This document shows positions 25,446 to 34,567 of a stretch of DNA of 64,000 nucleotides, piece after piece. The notes beneath the pieces were generated by a model. It ran no database searches. It saw only the letters and a list, made by a program, of their open reading frames with translations, and was not told where the DNA came from. Numbering within the stretch: position 1 is the stretch's first letter; each line of letters starts with the position of its first letter. Origin of the DNA: a virus (lineage: Duplodnaviria > Caudoviricetes); IMG/VR virus record IMGVR_UViG_3300047561_001900, positions 7,822 to 71,821 of that record. One strand, given 5' to 3'. Made by a program: the position numbers and the translations under genes.

Positions 25446-26200
25446 ATGTTTTAATCATTGATGCCACTAATTTGTTGTATCGCATCTATCATGTGTTGCG
25501 TGCATCACATGCTGATGAAATGGTGTCTGCATACATGCGCAGCGTGAACAAATACATACGCGATTTTGCTCCTGATACAACTTATGCTGTGTCAGACAAG
25601 CGCTTGATCAGAGGTCAAAAGAATTATCGCCGCCAAGATGTAGACTACAAACAGACCCGTGATAGCAGCATGTGGGAAGTGGTGCATGCTACAGAAGATG
25701 CATTGGAACAGATTATGCAAAAGCAGGGCATACACATGATGTTTCCGGGCATCATGGAAGCAGATGATGTGATTGCTTTCTTGTGCAAACAGGTGCCAGG
25801 TCACAAGACTATTGTGTCCACAGACAATGACATGGCACAGTTGATTACATCTGATGTGCAATTGTATTCACCCATCAAGAAGATTACCATTGATGTGCAT
25901 AACTTTGAACAACACTATCCGGTGCCTCTGAGCAAATATCTGCTATACAAGAGCATATTGGGTGATGCATCTGACAACATTGCAGGCATACCTGGATATG
26001 GCAAAGTGAAGGCTAAGCGACTGGCTGAGAGTTATGAAACAGAGATTCATAAATTGCCTGCAGACTTGCAGCTGCGGCAAAAGCATAACATGCGTCTTAT
26101 GGACTTGACGCAGGGTTTGGTTGTGCATCCAGAAGAGCGTGAATGTTATGAGCAGCAGTTGCAGAAAATAAGCTTGACATGTGCACAGGTTGCTGTATAA
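25442..26200 (+). CDS. rnh: 5'-3' exonuclease / T4-type RNase H
   Basis: IIDATNL, EADDVIA, STDNDMAQL, GDASDNIAGIPGYG. Confidence 0.85.
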   Translation: MNVLIIDATNLLYRIYHVLRASHADEMVSAYMRSVNKYIRDFAPDTTYAVSDKRLIRGQKNYRRQDVDYKQTRDSSMWEVVHATEDALEQIMQKQGIHMMFPGIMEADDVIAFLCKQVPGHKTIVSTDNDMAQLITSDVQLYSPIKKITIDVHNFEQHYPVPLSKYLLYKSILGDASDNIAGIPGYGKVKAKRLAESYETEIHKLPADLQLRQKHNMRLMDLTQGLVVHPEERECYEQQLQKISLTCAQVAV

Positions 26201-26201
26201 T
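26174..26201 (+). promoter_or_regulatory. Early promoter embedded in rnh 3' end
   Basis: TTGACA-N16-TATAAT. Confidence 0.75.
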
Positions 26202-26213
26202 TAACATTTAAAT

Positions 26214-26444
26214 ATGACTGTAGAATTGCTCATCAGGGAATTACAAAAACATCCAAGCCAAATGCGAGTTACAGTAGACGGGTATGAGGCTGGTGTAAAT
26301 GATGTGGGTGATGTGAGATTAATAAAGCTTAAGCTTGATACTGCTCAAACACATGAATGGTATTATGGCAAGCATTCTGCAATTGATGGTGATGATGAGT
26401 ATGATGAGTTTGCTTTGCACTTAAGATCATGCTCGAACATGTAG
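26214..26444 (+). CDS. Small hypothetical protein
   Basis: 76 aa; MTVELLIRELQKHP...VTVDGYEAG. Confidence 0.7.
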   Translation: MTVELLIRELQKHPSQMRVTVDGYEAGVNDVGDVRLIKLKLDTAQTHEWYYGKHSAIDGDDEYDEFALHLRSCSNM

Positions 26445-26450
26445 TGTCAC

Positions 26451-26939
26451 TCAGGCGATATATTTACGAAGACTGTCGTTTCTGTTGGTCCATCCTTTGA
26501 GAAACTTTTTTAACGGTGGTTTATTTGCAGCTAAGTTTTCGTAAAAGGTTTGACGCTGATCAATAACTTTGAGGGCAAGCGTGTATGCATCTGCTTTGTA
26601 AATAGCTGCAAATGTTTTGGGTCCTATGACCCCATCTGGTTCAGTGCCCACAGCACGTTGCAAAAATTTATTGGACTGTTTGGCACCAGTATTGACACAA
26701 CAATCAAAATACACTTCACCCACTGGCTTGGCATATTGCTCACAATTGAATCTCACCCAGTACTCTGCAAAATAAATATCCTTTGCGTCTTCTATAGTCA
26801 ATGCTTTAATATTCACATCTGGGTGACTTCTCTTGTCAATACCATATTTGGTTTCACCGCCTGGATCTACAGGATCATTATCATAACCACCTTCAGCATC
26901 TAGAACAAATTTAATTATCCAATCAAATCGACTATTCAT
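26451..26939 (-). CDS. Endolysin, glycoside hydrolase family 108 with peptidoglycan-binding domain
   Basis: EGGYDNDPVDPGGETKYGI, FDCCVNTG, DGVIGPKT, FLKGWTNR. Confidence 0.9.
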   Translation of the reverse strand: MNSRFDWIIKFVLDAEGGYDNDPVDPGGETKYGIDKRSHPDVNIKALTIEDAKDIYFAEYWVRFNCEQYAKPVGEVYFDCCVNTGAKQSNKFLQRAVGTEPDGVIGPKTFAAIYKADAYTLALKVIDQRQTFYENLAANKPPLKKFLKGWTNRNDSLRKYIA

Positions 26940-27109
26940 TTGTTAAAAGAGTTTTCGTCAAACTTTGTTCTCATGGCATCTTCTGCAGATTGTAAAGTTG
27001 GCTCTTCTGTATTGTATCTCTCTTCTATAGGATAAGCAGAGTGAGGACATTGTACAGGTGAGCAGCCAGCCAGCATTATTACCGGTAAGATCAACATGAG
27101 TCTTCTCAT
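26936..27109 (-). CDS. 57-aa lipoprotein, o-spanin candidate (not in ORF track)
   Basis: MRRLMLILPVIMLAG|CSPVQ lipobox; TATAAGTA-N5-ATG; stop overlaps endolysin start. Confidence 0.7.
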   Translation of the reverse strand: MRRLMLILPVIMLAGCSPVQCPHSAYPIEERYNTEEPTLQSAEDAMRTKFDENSFNK

Positions 27110-27122
27110 GCTAATACTTATA

Positions 27123-27542
27123 CTACTTTACAAGATCTTTGGCCTTATCCCAAATAGAATCAGGCTCTTTGCCATCTTTGCGCCAGCTATTAAGAACTGC
27201 ATAGTATACTAGATGCTGCTGATCTATGATGTAAAGCTTGTTATTAAGTTTATCAGTATATTCTGTAACGCCATCATTGTCGTTAAGCTCTACACCTTTG
27301 AAGGACTTAAATCTTACCTTATAAGCCTTGATGAGGGTATTATAACGAAGCAAACCAAAGGAAGTAATAAGACCCCGGCCATCGTCAGTAAAGCCAATGA
27401 AACCGGAATTTTGCACATCATACCCAGAGGGTGTTGTCGCATCATAAGAGGCTATTTCATCTTTCACTTTATCCGGTGTAACTGTTGTACACGAGCACAA
27501 CAAGAGACTACTCAGAGAGAATATCGCGAATTTTTTTAACAT
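27123..27542 (-). CDS. Lipoprotein in lysis cassette
   Basis: MLKKFAIFSLSSLLLCS|CTT lipobox. Confidence 0.7.
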   Translation of the reverse strand: MLKKFAIFSLSSLLLCSCTTVTPDKVKDEIASYDATTPSGYDVQNSGFIGFTDDGRGLITSFGLLRYNTLIKAYKVRFKSFKGVELNDNDGVTEYTDKLNNKLYIIDQQHLVYYAVLNSWRKDGKEPDSIWDKAKDLVK

Positions 27543-27708
27543 CTTTATCCTTTATTGCGTCTTCAATTTCATCACTGTAATCAGCTTCTTTTTGCTGCAC
27601 CTGGGCTTTCTTCATCTCTGGTGTATTTTTTGCCCCAAATACATTGTTAATGGCAGAAAAAATACCAGCAATAGCACTCACTACTGCTTCAAAAATACCT
27701 GTAGGCAT
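27508..27708 (-). CDS. Small membrane-anchored coiled protein (spanin/holin-like)
   Basis: MPTGIFEAVVSAIAGIFSAINNVFG amphipathic anchor, charged tail. Confidence 0.55.
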   Translation of the reverse strand: MPTGIFEAVVSAIAGIFSAINNVFGAKNTPEMKKAQVQQKEADYSDEIEDAIKDKDVKKIRDILSE

Positions 27709-27713
27709 ATATG

Positions 27714-28157
27714 TTATTGCACGTAGCTGGATGTTGCGTCTTTGCATCCTTTGGCAATGGCATTCAGTACATCAATAGCGAGTTTGGTATTGCCATCAAT
27801 CTTGTTAAACTGTGTTGCATAAAGATCTTTGATTGATGTAACATAATTAACCCAATGAGTTTTTTCTGCAGGAAGATAATCCGTTAAAGCTTTTTGCAAT
27901 TGATCTGGTGTTGGGGCTGCACCTTTTGTTAGCCCCTCCACAATTGTGGCAACATGATTGATCAATTTAGCCTTCTCTACTCTATCAGCAGGTGACAGTG
28001 CTTGATCAAGCACTACAGTGCATGTTAGTGTCACAGCTGGTGCAATGTAGGGTAAAGCGTTTTCTGTTGTTTGTGCTGCATCAATTTTGCCTGTCTCTGT
28101 GGTAGCACAACCTGCCACAAGAAAAGGTACTAACATAAATGGTAAAAGATTCTTCAT
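27714..28157 (-). CDS. Lipoprotein in lysis cassette
   Basis: MKNLLPFMLVPFLVAG|CATT lipobox; ACTAAATA-N5-ATG. Confidence 0.75.
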   Translation of the reverse strand: MKNLLPFMLVPFLVAGCATTETGKIDAAQTTENALPYIAPAVTLTCTVVLDQALSPADRVEKAKLINHVATIVEGLTKGAAPTPDQLQKALTDYLPAEKTHWVNYVTSIKDLYATQFNKIDGNTKLAIDVLNAIAKGCKDATSSYVQ

Positions 28158-28161
28158 ATGG

Positions 28162-28413
28162 CTATTTAGTAGTTTCAACTAATAATTCTACTTCTTTGTT
28201 CTTTTCATCTTTATTTTGTACACGTGATATGGTTTGATCTATGTATGCTCTGACTGCAATTAGTCCTTGCAACACCATGTTTGTTACTAACACTGTTGCT
28301 GCTATTCCAGATATCTCACTAAATGATTTATACTTAGTTAGATCTACGACCACCACTGGCAGAGCCGCTATTGTAAAATATAGCACACCTCTCAACCATG
28401 CACAATCTTTCAT
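28162..28413 (-). CDS. Holin-like two-TM protein
   Basis: Two hydrophobic spans and charged C-tail; AATAAATA-N5-ATG. Confidence 0.55.
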   Translation of the reverse strand: MKDCAWLRGVLYFTIAALPVVVVDLTKYKSFSEISGIAATVLVTNMVLQGLIAVRAYIDQTISRVQNKDEKNKEVELLVETTK

Positions 28414-28500
28414 TATATTATTTATTTTGCCATTCATTTTATTCATTGATTTATTATACTTATATGTTATTATTAATAAATGAAAGGAGGAGTTATTAAT

Positions 28501-28698
28501 ATGTCGATTGATTATACAAGCAAGGATATTCGCCCGAAGACGTTCTACGTTAAAATGGAACGTGCTCGCAATGGTGAATTCACAGTCAAGCGCGCACGAG
28601 TGTTGGAGCAAAAGAACCAATTTGCCACCACGATTCGTCGTGTTGATGCCCGTGATCTAACCCGCGCCATTCGCAAGAATGGTTTACAGGTTGCTTAA
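28501..28698 (+). CDS. Small basic hypothetical protein
   Basis: AAGGAGG RBS; MSIDYTSKDIRPKTFYVKMER... Confidence 0.7.
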   Translation: MSIDYTSKDIRPKTFYVKMERARNGEFTVKRARVLEQKNQFATTIRRVDARDLTRAIRKNGLQVA

Positions 28699-28728
28699 TT
28701 CCTCCGCCTGCGACGGTTTCGCAGATTT

Positions 28729-28760
28729 AAATACCGGATATTATTATCCGGTATTTTTTT
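28729..28760 (+). terminator. Intrinsic terminator
   Basis: AAATACCGGATA-TTAT-TATCCGGTATTT followed by T-run. Confidence 0.85.
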
Positions 28761-28795
28761 GTAGCAATACATACATATACAAATAAAATATCATA

Positions 28796-29587
28796 TTGAA
28801 TAAAAAATATATCATCTTTAATTGCACTACACGACCCGCCGGCGGGCTAGCGGATAGACTCAAAGGATTAATATCTACATACGCTTTATCTAAAAAATTA
28901 AATCGTGAGTTTGTTGTCAACTGGACATTTCCACAAAAACTCAGCAGTGTACTAGAGCCAAACACATACAACTGGCTACCGCGACCCATTCAGGGTCTCA
29001 CTCAACAAGATTACTTTTTAATTGACAATGATAGCTTCAATCAACACAAACATCTATTTTCACCAGTAAGTGAGATGAACTTTCCAGAAGATCTGATATC
29101 TATCAGAACAAATATTAACTTCTTACCTCTGCTCGATATGAAACAAAGCTTTGCAAATTTATTTGAAGAACTATTCAAGCCAAAATTTACAGTCCCGTCT
29201 GTACAGGAGTATGTTGGATTTAGTGCGCGGTTTGGAGGAACACAAAGCAATTGGGCGGATTCAGATTTTGATAAGATTGTAACCTATGACTATGCTTTCG
29301 AGAGCTTGCAAGAACAAATGTCTAAAAATAAAAATAAAAAACTTTTCATTTGCACAGACAGTAGTGCTTTTTTGGATTTCCTAAAAGATAAAGATGTAGA
29401 CTTCCTCACAACGGAAGGCTACGCTGAGCATATTGATCATGCAGGCTGCACTGAACAAGGGTTTAAAAAAGTATTTGAAGATTTCTTTATACTAAGGCAA
29501 TGCGACCCAATACTAACAATCAAGGGCGAATTTGCAAAGACTGTAATTAGTTCTTCTCCTACTGGCAAAACATTAGTAACACTGTAA
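28796..29587 (+). CDS. Fucosyltransferase-like (NodZ/O-FucT fold) glycosyltransferase
   Basis: GGLADRLKGL, LFICTDS, EDFFILRQC motifs. Confidence 0.6.
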   Translation: MNKKYIIFNCTTRPAGGLADRLKGLISTYALSKKLNREFVVNWTFPQKLSSVLEPNTYNWLPRPIQGLTQQDYFLIDNDSFNQHKHLFSPVSEMNFPEDLISIRTNINFLPLLDMKQSFANLFEELFKPKFTVPSVQEYVGFSARFGGTQSNWADSDFDKIVTYDYAFESLQEQMSKNKNKKLFICTDSSAFLDFLKDKDVDFLTTEGYAEHIDHAGCTEQGFKKVFEDFFILRQCDPILTIKGEFAKTVISSSPTGKTLVTL

Positions 29588-29594
29588 GTACATC

Positions 29595-29816
29595 ATGGGA
29601 GCTACAAAATCAACAGCAAGAACTGGGTCCAAAACCTCCATGCACAAGATGAGGTACATGTTAGTCAACAATGAAAAGCAATTGGTTGCTCCCATTTGGC
29701 ACCATGGAGCACGGGTGGGGCATGGCAACTATATGACTGGCACAGTGGGAGGTGTCACAGTAGAGGATAGTAATGGTCGCCCCATTCCTTTCAAACAAAT
29801 TGGCTTCACAGAATAA
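29595..29816 (+). CDS. Small hypothetical protein
   Basis: 73 aa; TGTAAGTA late-like motif upstream. Confidence 0.6.
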   Translation: MGATKSTARTGSKTSMHKMRYMLVNNEKQLVAPIWHHGARVGHGNYMTGTVGGVTVEDSNGRPIPFKQIGFTE

Positions 29817-29840
29817 GCTTGATCTTACCGACATTGCATT

Positions 29841-29848
29841 TATAAATA
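29841..29848 (+). promoter_or_regulatory. Perfect T4 late promoter TATAAATA upstream of tmRNA
   Basis: Exact T4 late consensus 38 nt before the tmRNA 5' end. Confidence 0.65.
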
Positions 29849-29886
29849 GATGGTAAGGTGTTACCTTATATTGTTCTTTAACAACT

Positions 29887-30292
29887 GGGGCTGTAATGGT
29901 TTCGATTGAATGGTGGAGCTTATGAGTGCAAGTACTGGGGCATGCCAGTATAAAATAGCAACAAACCTTAAATGCCGAAGACAACTTCGACATGGCTATG
30001 AGTCTCGAAGAGGCTGATGCAATTCTTGCTCAGCACAACTTTGTTGACGCAGAAGCTGAATTCGAACTAGTTTAGTTCGATCGTTCTACTGTAGATTAAA
30101 GCTTGTAAAGTAGAGCGTGTTACTGGCTTTCGTATAAATTGGGTTTTAACAGTTAATAGTTTATATGTATAAAATTGTTATGAATAAGGGCGTTTCGTTT
30201 AGTTCAATCCTTATGAAATTATAACTAAAATAAACTTGTAGTGCTTATGAATGAATCCATTCAAGACGAGAGTTCAATTCTCTCCAGCTCCA
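29887..30292 (+). ncRNA. ssrA: tmRNA (transfer-messenger RNA)
   Basis: 5' GGGGCTGTAATGGTTTCGA; 3' GACGAGAGTTCAATTCTCTCCAGCTCCA T-arm; acceptor GGGGCTG/CAGCTCC with G3:U; helix 2 TTGAATGG/CCATTCAA; resume context TAAAT-GCC at 29974; tag stop in hairpin TCGAACTA-GTT-TAGTTCGA; CCA not encoded. Confidence 0.93.
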
Positions 30293-30330
30293 GGCACTTG
30301 AAAATTTAATGTTGTCACTATACTTAATAG

Positions 30331-30933
30331 GTGGACATAACATATTATTGCTTACACCACCCAGTCCTACGAGATCGCAGACAAAATATGCAATTGCAGC
30401 TGGACAAGCTAAATCTGGCTGTTGAGTGGGTTTGTGCTTTTCTTCCTGAGGAAATTGAATTGCCTTCAACTGCCAAATTTAAGAATAAAAATGAATACTC
30501 TCTATATTTGAAACAGCAATACTGCATTGAACAACAAGTACAAAAAGAAATTCCGTTAATTGTTATACTAGAGGATGATGTGTTATTGCCGGATAATTTT
30601 TGTGACTTTGTTGACAACTGTGTATCAGAGTTTACTTTGTTGAAGGGTGATCTATTATTTCTTGGAACATGTTGCAATATAACTGCTCGTAATATTCAAT
30701 CAGACAGAAGTGTTTATTATGAACCTGATTATAAGAGCAGATGTGCACACTGCTATGCAGTTACTCTATCAGCAGCCAGAACCATTATGAAGCATATCGA
30801 TAACCGGCAATGCGCTTATGATTTTAAATTGAACCAAATTATTGCACAAGAAGCTCTTCGAGTATGCTATGCTGAGCCAGGCATACTACAAGCAACAGAA
30901 CAAAGATTAATAAAATCCTCACTGCAACTATGA
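30331..30933 (+). CDS. Glycosyltransferase family 25
   Basis: IVILEDDV, AHCYAVTLSAARTI. Confidence 0.8.
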   Translation: MDITYYCLHHPVLRDRRQNMQLQLDKLNLAVEWVCAFLPEEIELPSTAKFKNKNEYSLYLKQQYCIEQQVQKEIPLIVILEDDVLLPDNFCDFVDNCVSEFTLLKGDLLFLGTCCNITARNIQSDRSVYYEPDYKSRCAHCYAVTLSAARTIMKHIDNRQCAYDFKLNQIIAQEALRVCYAEPGILQATEQRLIKSSLQL

Positions 30934-31817
30934 CTACTTTAAAAATTTACTTTGAAGACATGTGGGGATATGATATGTACCAGTTCAATCCACATGACAA
31001 TTATTTTACAAATCTGTTTAAACAGGAATATAATGTAGTTATTGATCCGGACCCAGACATTTTAATATATTCAGTATTTGGCTCTAATAACACACGGTAC
31101 AATTGTAAGAAAATCTTTTTTTGTGGAGAAAATATAGGACACAATTTTAAACACCCAACAGACCAGCAATGTGATGCTTCACTCTCTCAATTTGCAGATG
31201 ATGGTAAAAATATATATTTTCCTCTATGGTGTATATTTGTTAACTGGTTTAATGAGCAGCAACCAAGACCTCTTCCATCAAACCCCACATTTCACACAAA
31301 CATACAAGATCTAATATCACCCTCTCTATATCCTAAAACTAAATTTTGTGCCTTCATTAATAACAACCCCATTGAGAATCGCATGAAAGTATTTGAGTTA
31401 TTATCCAAATATAAAAAGGTTGATAGTTATGGTAATCTTTTTAATAATGTGGATACTGTGTTAAGAGGATCAGAACAAGCGAAGATCAATGTTCTCAAGG
31501 ATTATAAATTCACTATTGCTTTTGAAAATTCCTGTCACCCTGGATATAATACAGAAAAAATTATTCAACCACTTTCAGTCAATTGCATACCCCTGTACTG
31601 GGGAGGAGATCATATTAAAAAGTATTTTAATATGAGTAAAGTGGTCTTTGCAGACAATTTTACCAGTTTCGAGTACATGGTGGAAGCTGTTATTAATATG
31701 GATAAAGATAATACAGTATATAATTATATCCAGACACTATCAGGTGTACAAGATGCATTTTTTGACTTCGCCCCACATAAAATTCTCTCGAGAATAAAAA
31801 CAGCTTTACACCTATGA
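30930..31817 (+). CDS. Alpha-1,3-fucosyltransferase-like (GT10)
   Basis: KTKFCAF, YKFTIAFENS...GYNTEKI, CIPLYWG. Confidence 0.85.
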   Translation: MTTLKIYFEDMWGYDMYQFNPHDNYFTNLFKQEYNVVIDPDPDILIYSVFGSNNTRYNCKKIFFCGENIGHNFKHPTDQQCDASLSQFADDGKNIYFPLWCIFVNWFNEQQPRPLPSNPTFHTNIQDLISPSLYPKTKFCAFINNNPIENRMKVFELLSKYKKVDSYGNLFNNVDTVLRGSEQAKINVLKDYKFTIAFENSCHPGYNTEKIIQPLSVNCIPLYWGGDHIKKYFNMSKVVFADNFTSFEYMVEAVINMDKDNTVYNYIQTLSGVQDAFFDFAPHKILSRIKTALHL

Positions 31818-32557
31818 AAACGGCAATCATGAAGCAACCGGCTGGTATTGGAGATATTTTATTCTGCCAAAAAATTGCAACAATGTTGCAACAAAAATAC
31901 AATGTTGTGTGGCCAATAATACCGCAGTATTTGGGTATTAAACCTTATCTGCCTCACATTAATTTTGTAGATGTTAATTCAAATTTTGAACACAGAGACT
32001 TTTATTCTAGTTGTCCAAAAGGTCAAATCATTGAAAACGACAATTGTATCATAATTGGCACAGATGGTACTCTTATAGGTGACTCTGGTGTGATGGTTTC
32101 AAAATACAAACTGGTTGGCATAGATCATACTGATTGGGTAGATTACATCAAGTTAAATCGTAATCCTATTAAAGAAGACGAATTGTTTTATAAGACCTTA
32201 CAACTCAAGGATGGTGAAGAATATATTATAATAAATGATACAACTGGGTCACTTGGACATGAAAGTGAAACAAAATGGGTCATTCCTCATCCCACAGATA
32301 GAAGAGTAATTAAACTGCAACTATTTGATGGCTTTGAAATATTTGATTGGTGCAAGGTGTTTGAAAGATGTTCAGAATTTCATATCATTGATACAAGCAT
32401 TTCGTACATAATTGAAAAAATTAATACTACAGAGAAGGTATACAAAATGTATCATCGATCCAATTCGGATGATAAAGATTTTAAAGACTTTACAAAGCTA
32501 CACAAAAAGCCACAAAGCCATGGAGGCCGAGAAACCCTTCAACCACCTATTGCATAA
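31814..32557 (+). CDS. Putative glycosyltransferase (GT-B-like)
   Basis: QPAGIGDILF N-terminal motif, IDTS motif; island context. Confidence 0.55.
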   Translation: MKTAIMKQPAGIGDILFCQKIATMLQQKYNVVWPIIPQYLGIKPYLPHINFVDVNSNFEHRDFYSSCPKGQIIENDNCIIIGTDGTLIGDSGVMVSKYKLVGIDHTDWVDYIKLNRNPIKEDELFYKTLQLKDGEEYIIINDTTGSLGHESETKWVIPHPTDRRVIKLQLFDGFEIFDWCKVFERCSEFHIIDTSISYIIEKINTTEKVYKMYHRSNSDDKDFKDFTKLHKKPQSHGGRETLQPPIA

Positions 32558-32581
32558 CTGAGTGATATTCTTAAATTATAC

Positions 32582-34120
32582 ATGGGACATATTAGTTTCT
32601 TTGATTTAAACGCTCTCAGGGAAACATTCAAAGCAGATGTTTTCGTAGAAACAGGAACGTATTTAGGTGATTCCTTAGCACACGCTGCAAAAGCAGATTT
32701 TAAGAAATTATATTCCATAGAAATTGCTCCAGATCTGGTAGCTAAAGCTCGTGAACGGTTCAAAGATGATCCACGCATTGAGATCATAGAAGGTTCATCC
32801 TCTGAAGTGTTGGAGCCTCTGTTAAACCGCACCAAAGAAAACATTGTGTTATGGCTTGATGCACACTTCTCTGGCTGTTATACAGATTATAATGGTGATC
32901 AAAACAAAGATAGCCGTGCACCACTTGAAGCAGAGATTCTTGCTCTGCAGAGAAGATTGGGCAAATATGCAGATGTTATTCTTATTGATGATTTGCGCTG
33001 CTATGAAGATAATATACCTGGCGTCACATCTTTTAATGATCACATGCGAAACATAGGGCAACCTCATGTCACACGTGAACAAGTGATTGGCACCGATTCT
33101 AAATTTATTTACGATGCATTCAATGCAACACATGAAATTACAAAACACCCCACGCACGAAGGATATCTGTCATTGATACCCAAACAAAATTTTATTGATT
33201 CATTCGATAAGGTGGTGTTCTTCAATCATGGTCATCTAGGCGATACTTTAATTGCAAAAATTTTTATTAGAGAGTTGATAAAGCAGTTTTCCACCAAAAA
33301 AACCGCAATTGCGAACAACTATAACATTCATTACATAAAAGACATAGTTGACGAGCATATTAATATAAACAGTATACCCATTGGTCGAGGTGATATTGAA
33401 AGGTCCATAGAGTTTAAGCTAGTGGACCGTATACTATACATTAACACATGGTTTGCTCCTCCTTGTGTGCAACCGTCTGATGCTGCAGAGGGTAACAGAT
33501 TTACAAGTGACATTCGGGATAGAGATGGTGTTGTATATAACTACGATTTGCATTTAAAATGCTTTGAACAAATTATTCACAACATTAATGATACCCACAA
33601 TACAAGTTTTGATTTGAGCCATATGTGGAAAAATAAAAACGAATATTTGCTAGAACTGTATAATGAAGATCTCGACACAAGCATAATACCTTTTATAAAT
33701 GATTTAAATTATAAAAAGATTCTTATTTTTAATCAAACAGCTACATCTGGTCAATCAGATAACGCTAACTTTTCACCTTTTATTGATGAACTAAAAAACA
33801 ATGAGCATGTTGTAATATATACTAGTCAGCCTAGTGTTATCAGACATCCCAGAGTTATAAATCTGCGAGATTATTATGGGGAGCCAGATCTGTTTAAAAC
33901 TGCTAGAGTTAGTATGAATTGTGACATTATTTGTGGCCCTAGTAATGCAACCATAATATCTACTTGGATTAAACCAAACCTCATGAACAATAAGATGCAC
34001 TACATTGTTATTAACTGTAACAATGCAGGTGAGGCAACATTGTTTAAAGACTTAGCATGCAAGACCACAGTTGTGAGTACAACCCATGCTTTATTCAACA
34101 AAATAAAGGAAATAATATAA
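32582..34120 (+). CDS. Class I SAM methyltransferase-like domain fused to GT-like domain
   Basis: VFVETGTYLGDS, WLDAH, LIDD; C-terminal half starts HGHLGDTL. Confidence 0.65.
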   Translation: MGHISFFDLNALRETFKADVFVETGTYLGDSLAHAAKADFKKLYSIEIAPDLVAKARERFKDDPRIEIIEGSSSEVLEPLLNRTKENIVLWLDAHFSGCYTDYNGDQNKDSRAPLEAEILALQRRLGKYADVILIDDLRCYEDNIPGVTSFNDHMRNIGQPHVTREQVIGTDSKFIYDAFNATHEITKHPTHEGYLSLIPKQNFIDSFDKVVFFNHGHLGDTLIAKIFIRELIKQFSTKKTAIANNYNIHYIKDIVDEHININSIPIGRGDIERSIEFKLVDRILYINTWFAPPCVQPSDAAEGNRFTSDIRDRDGVVYNYDLHLKCFEQIIHNINDTHNTSFDLSHMWKNKNEYLLELYNEDLDTSIIPFINDLNYKKILIFNQTATSGQSDNANFSPFIDELKNNEHVVIYTSQPSVIRHPRVINLRDYYGEPDLFKTARVSMNCDIICGPSNATIISTWIKPNLMNNKMHYIVINCNNAGEATLFKDLACKTTVVSTTHALFNKIKEII

Positions 34121-34380
34121 TGGCAAATTTATATAGCATAGCTGAGCTAATTGACAAGCTTATAATTGAGAACATTAAAATCTTCACTAGCAGGGAGAAG
34201 ATACATAACAAGTCTATATCTGATGAAGAATACGTTCAAAATGAAAATAAGATGAATGTATTAAACGAAAATAGAGGCATTATTATACGGTTTCTTGACG
34301 AAAAGATTATCAATGTGATAAATGAAACTGAACAAAATACCCATGTCAAAAATGTCAAAACCTACTATAATTCCAAATAA
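34120..34380 (+). CDS. Small helical hypothetical protein
   Basis: MANLYSIAELIDKLIIENIKIF; TAATG coupling. Confidence 0.65.
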   Translation: MANLYSIAELIDKLIIENIKIFTSREKIHNKSISDEEYVQNENKMNVLNENRGIIIRFLDEKIINVINETEQNTHVKNVKTYYNSK

Positions 34381-34567
34381 AGCGATTGAATTGATAACAG
34401 AGTTAACAGAGCTTTGGATCACTTGGATGCAGAATCACAACATATCGAACAATATCAGGATACCCTTGGAAGATCGCAGAGCTGGAGGTGAAAGATGTGA
34501 ATGCCTGCAGCGCCGTCGTCAAGAGATTCTCATTGAACTAAATGAAGAGTTTAACGCAATTTTATGA
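34322..34567 (+). CDS. Small hypothetical protein (start uncertain)
   Basis: 81 aa filling the gap before rmlD; overlaps previous ORF. Confidence 0.5.
   Translation: MKLNKIPMSKMSKPTIIPNKAIELITELTELWITWMQNHNISNNIRIPLEDRRAGGERCECLQRRRQEILIELNEEFNAIL

Noticed and set aside
30261-30292. Stand-alone tRNA
   Set aside because: The T-arm and acceptor half pair with GGGGCTG about 400 nt upstream and there is no anticodon arm, so it is a tmRNA. No other tRNA-like sequence was seen; GTTCGAAT at about 41041 is inside the Gly-rich CDS.
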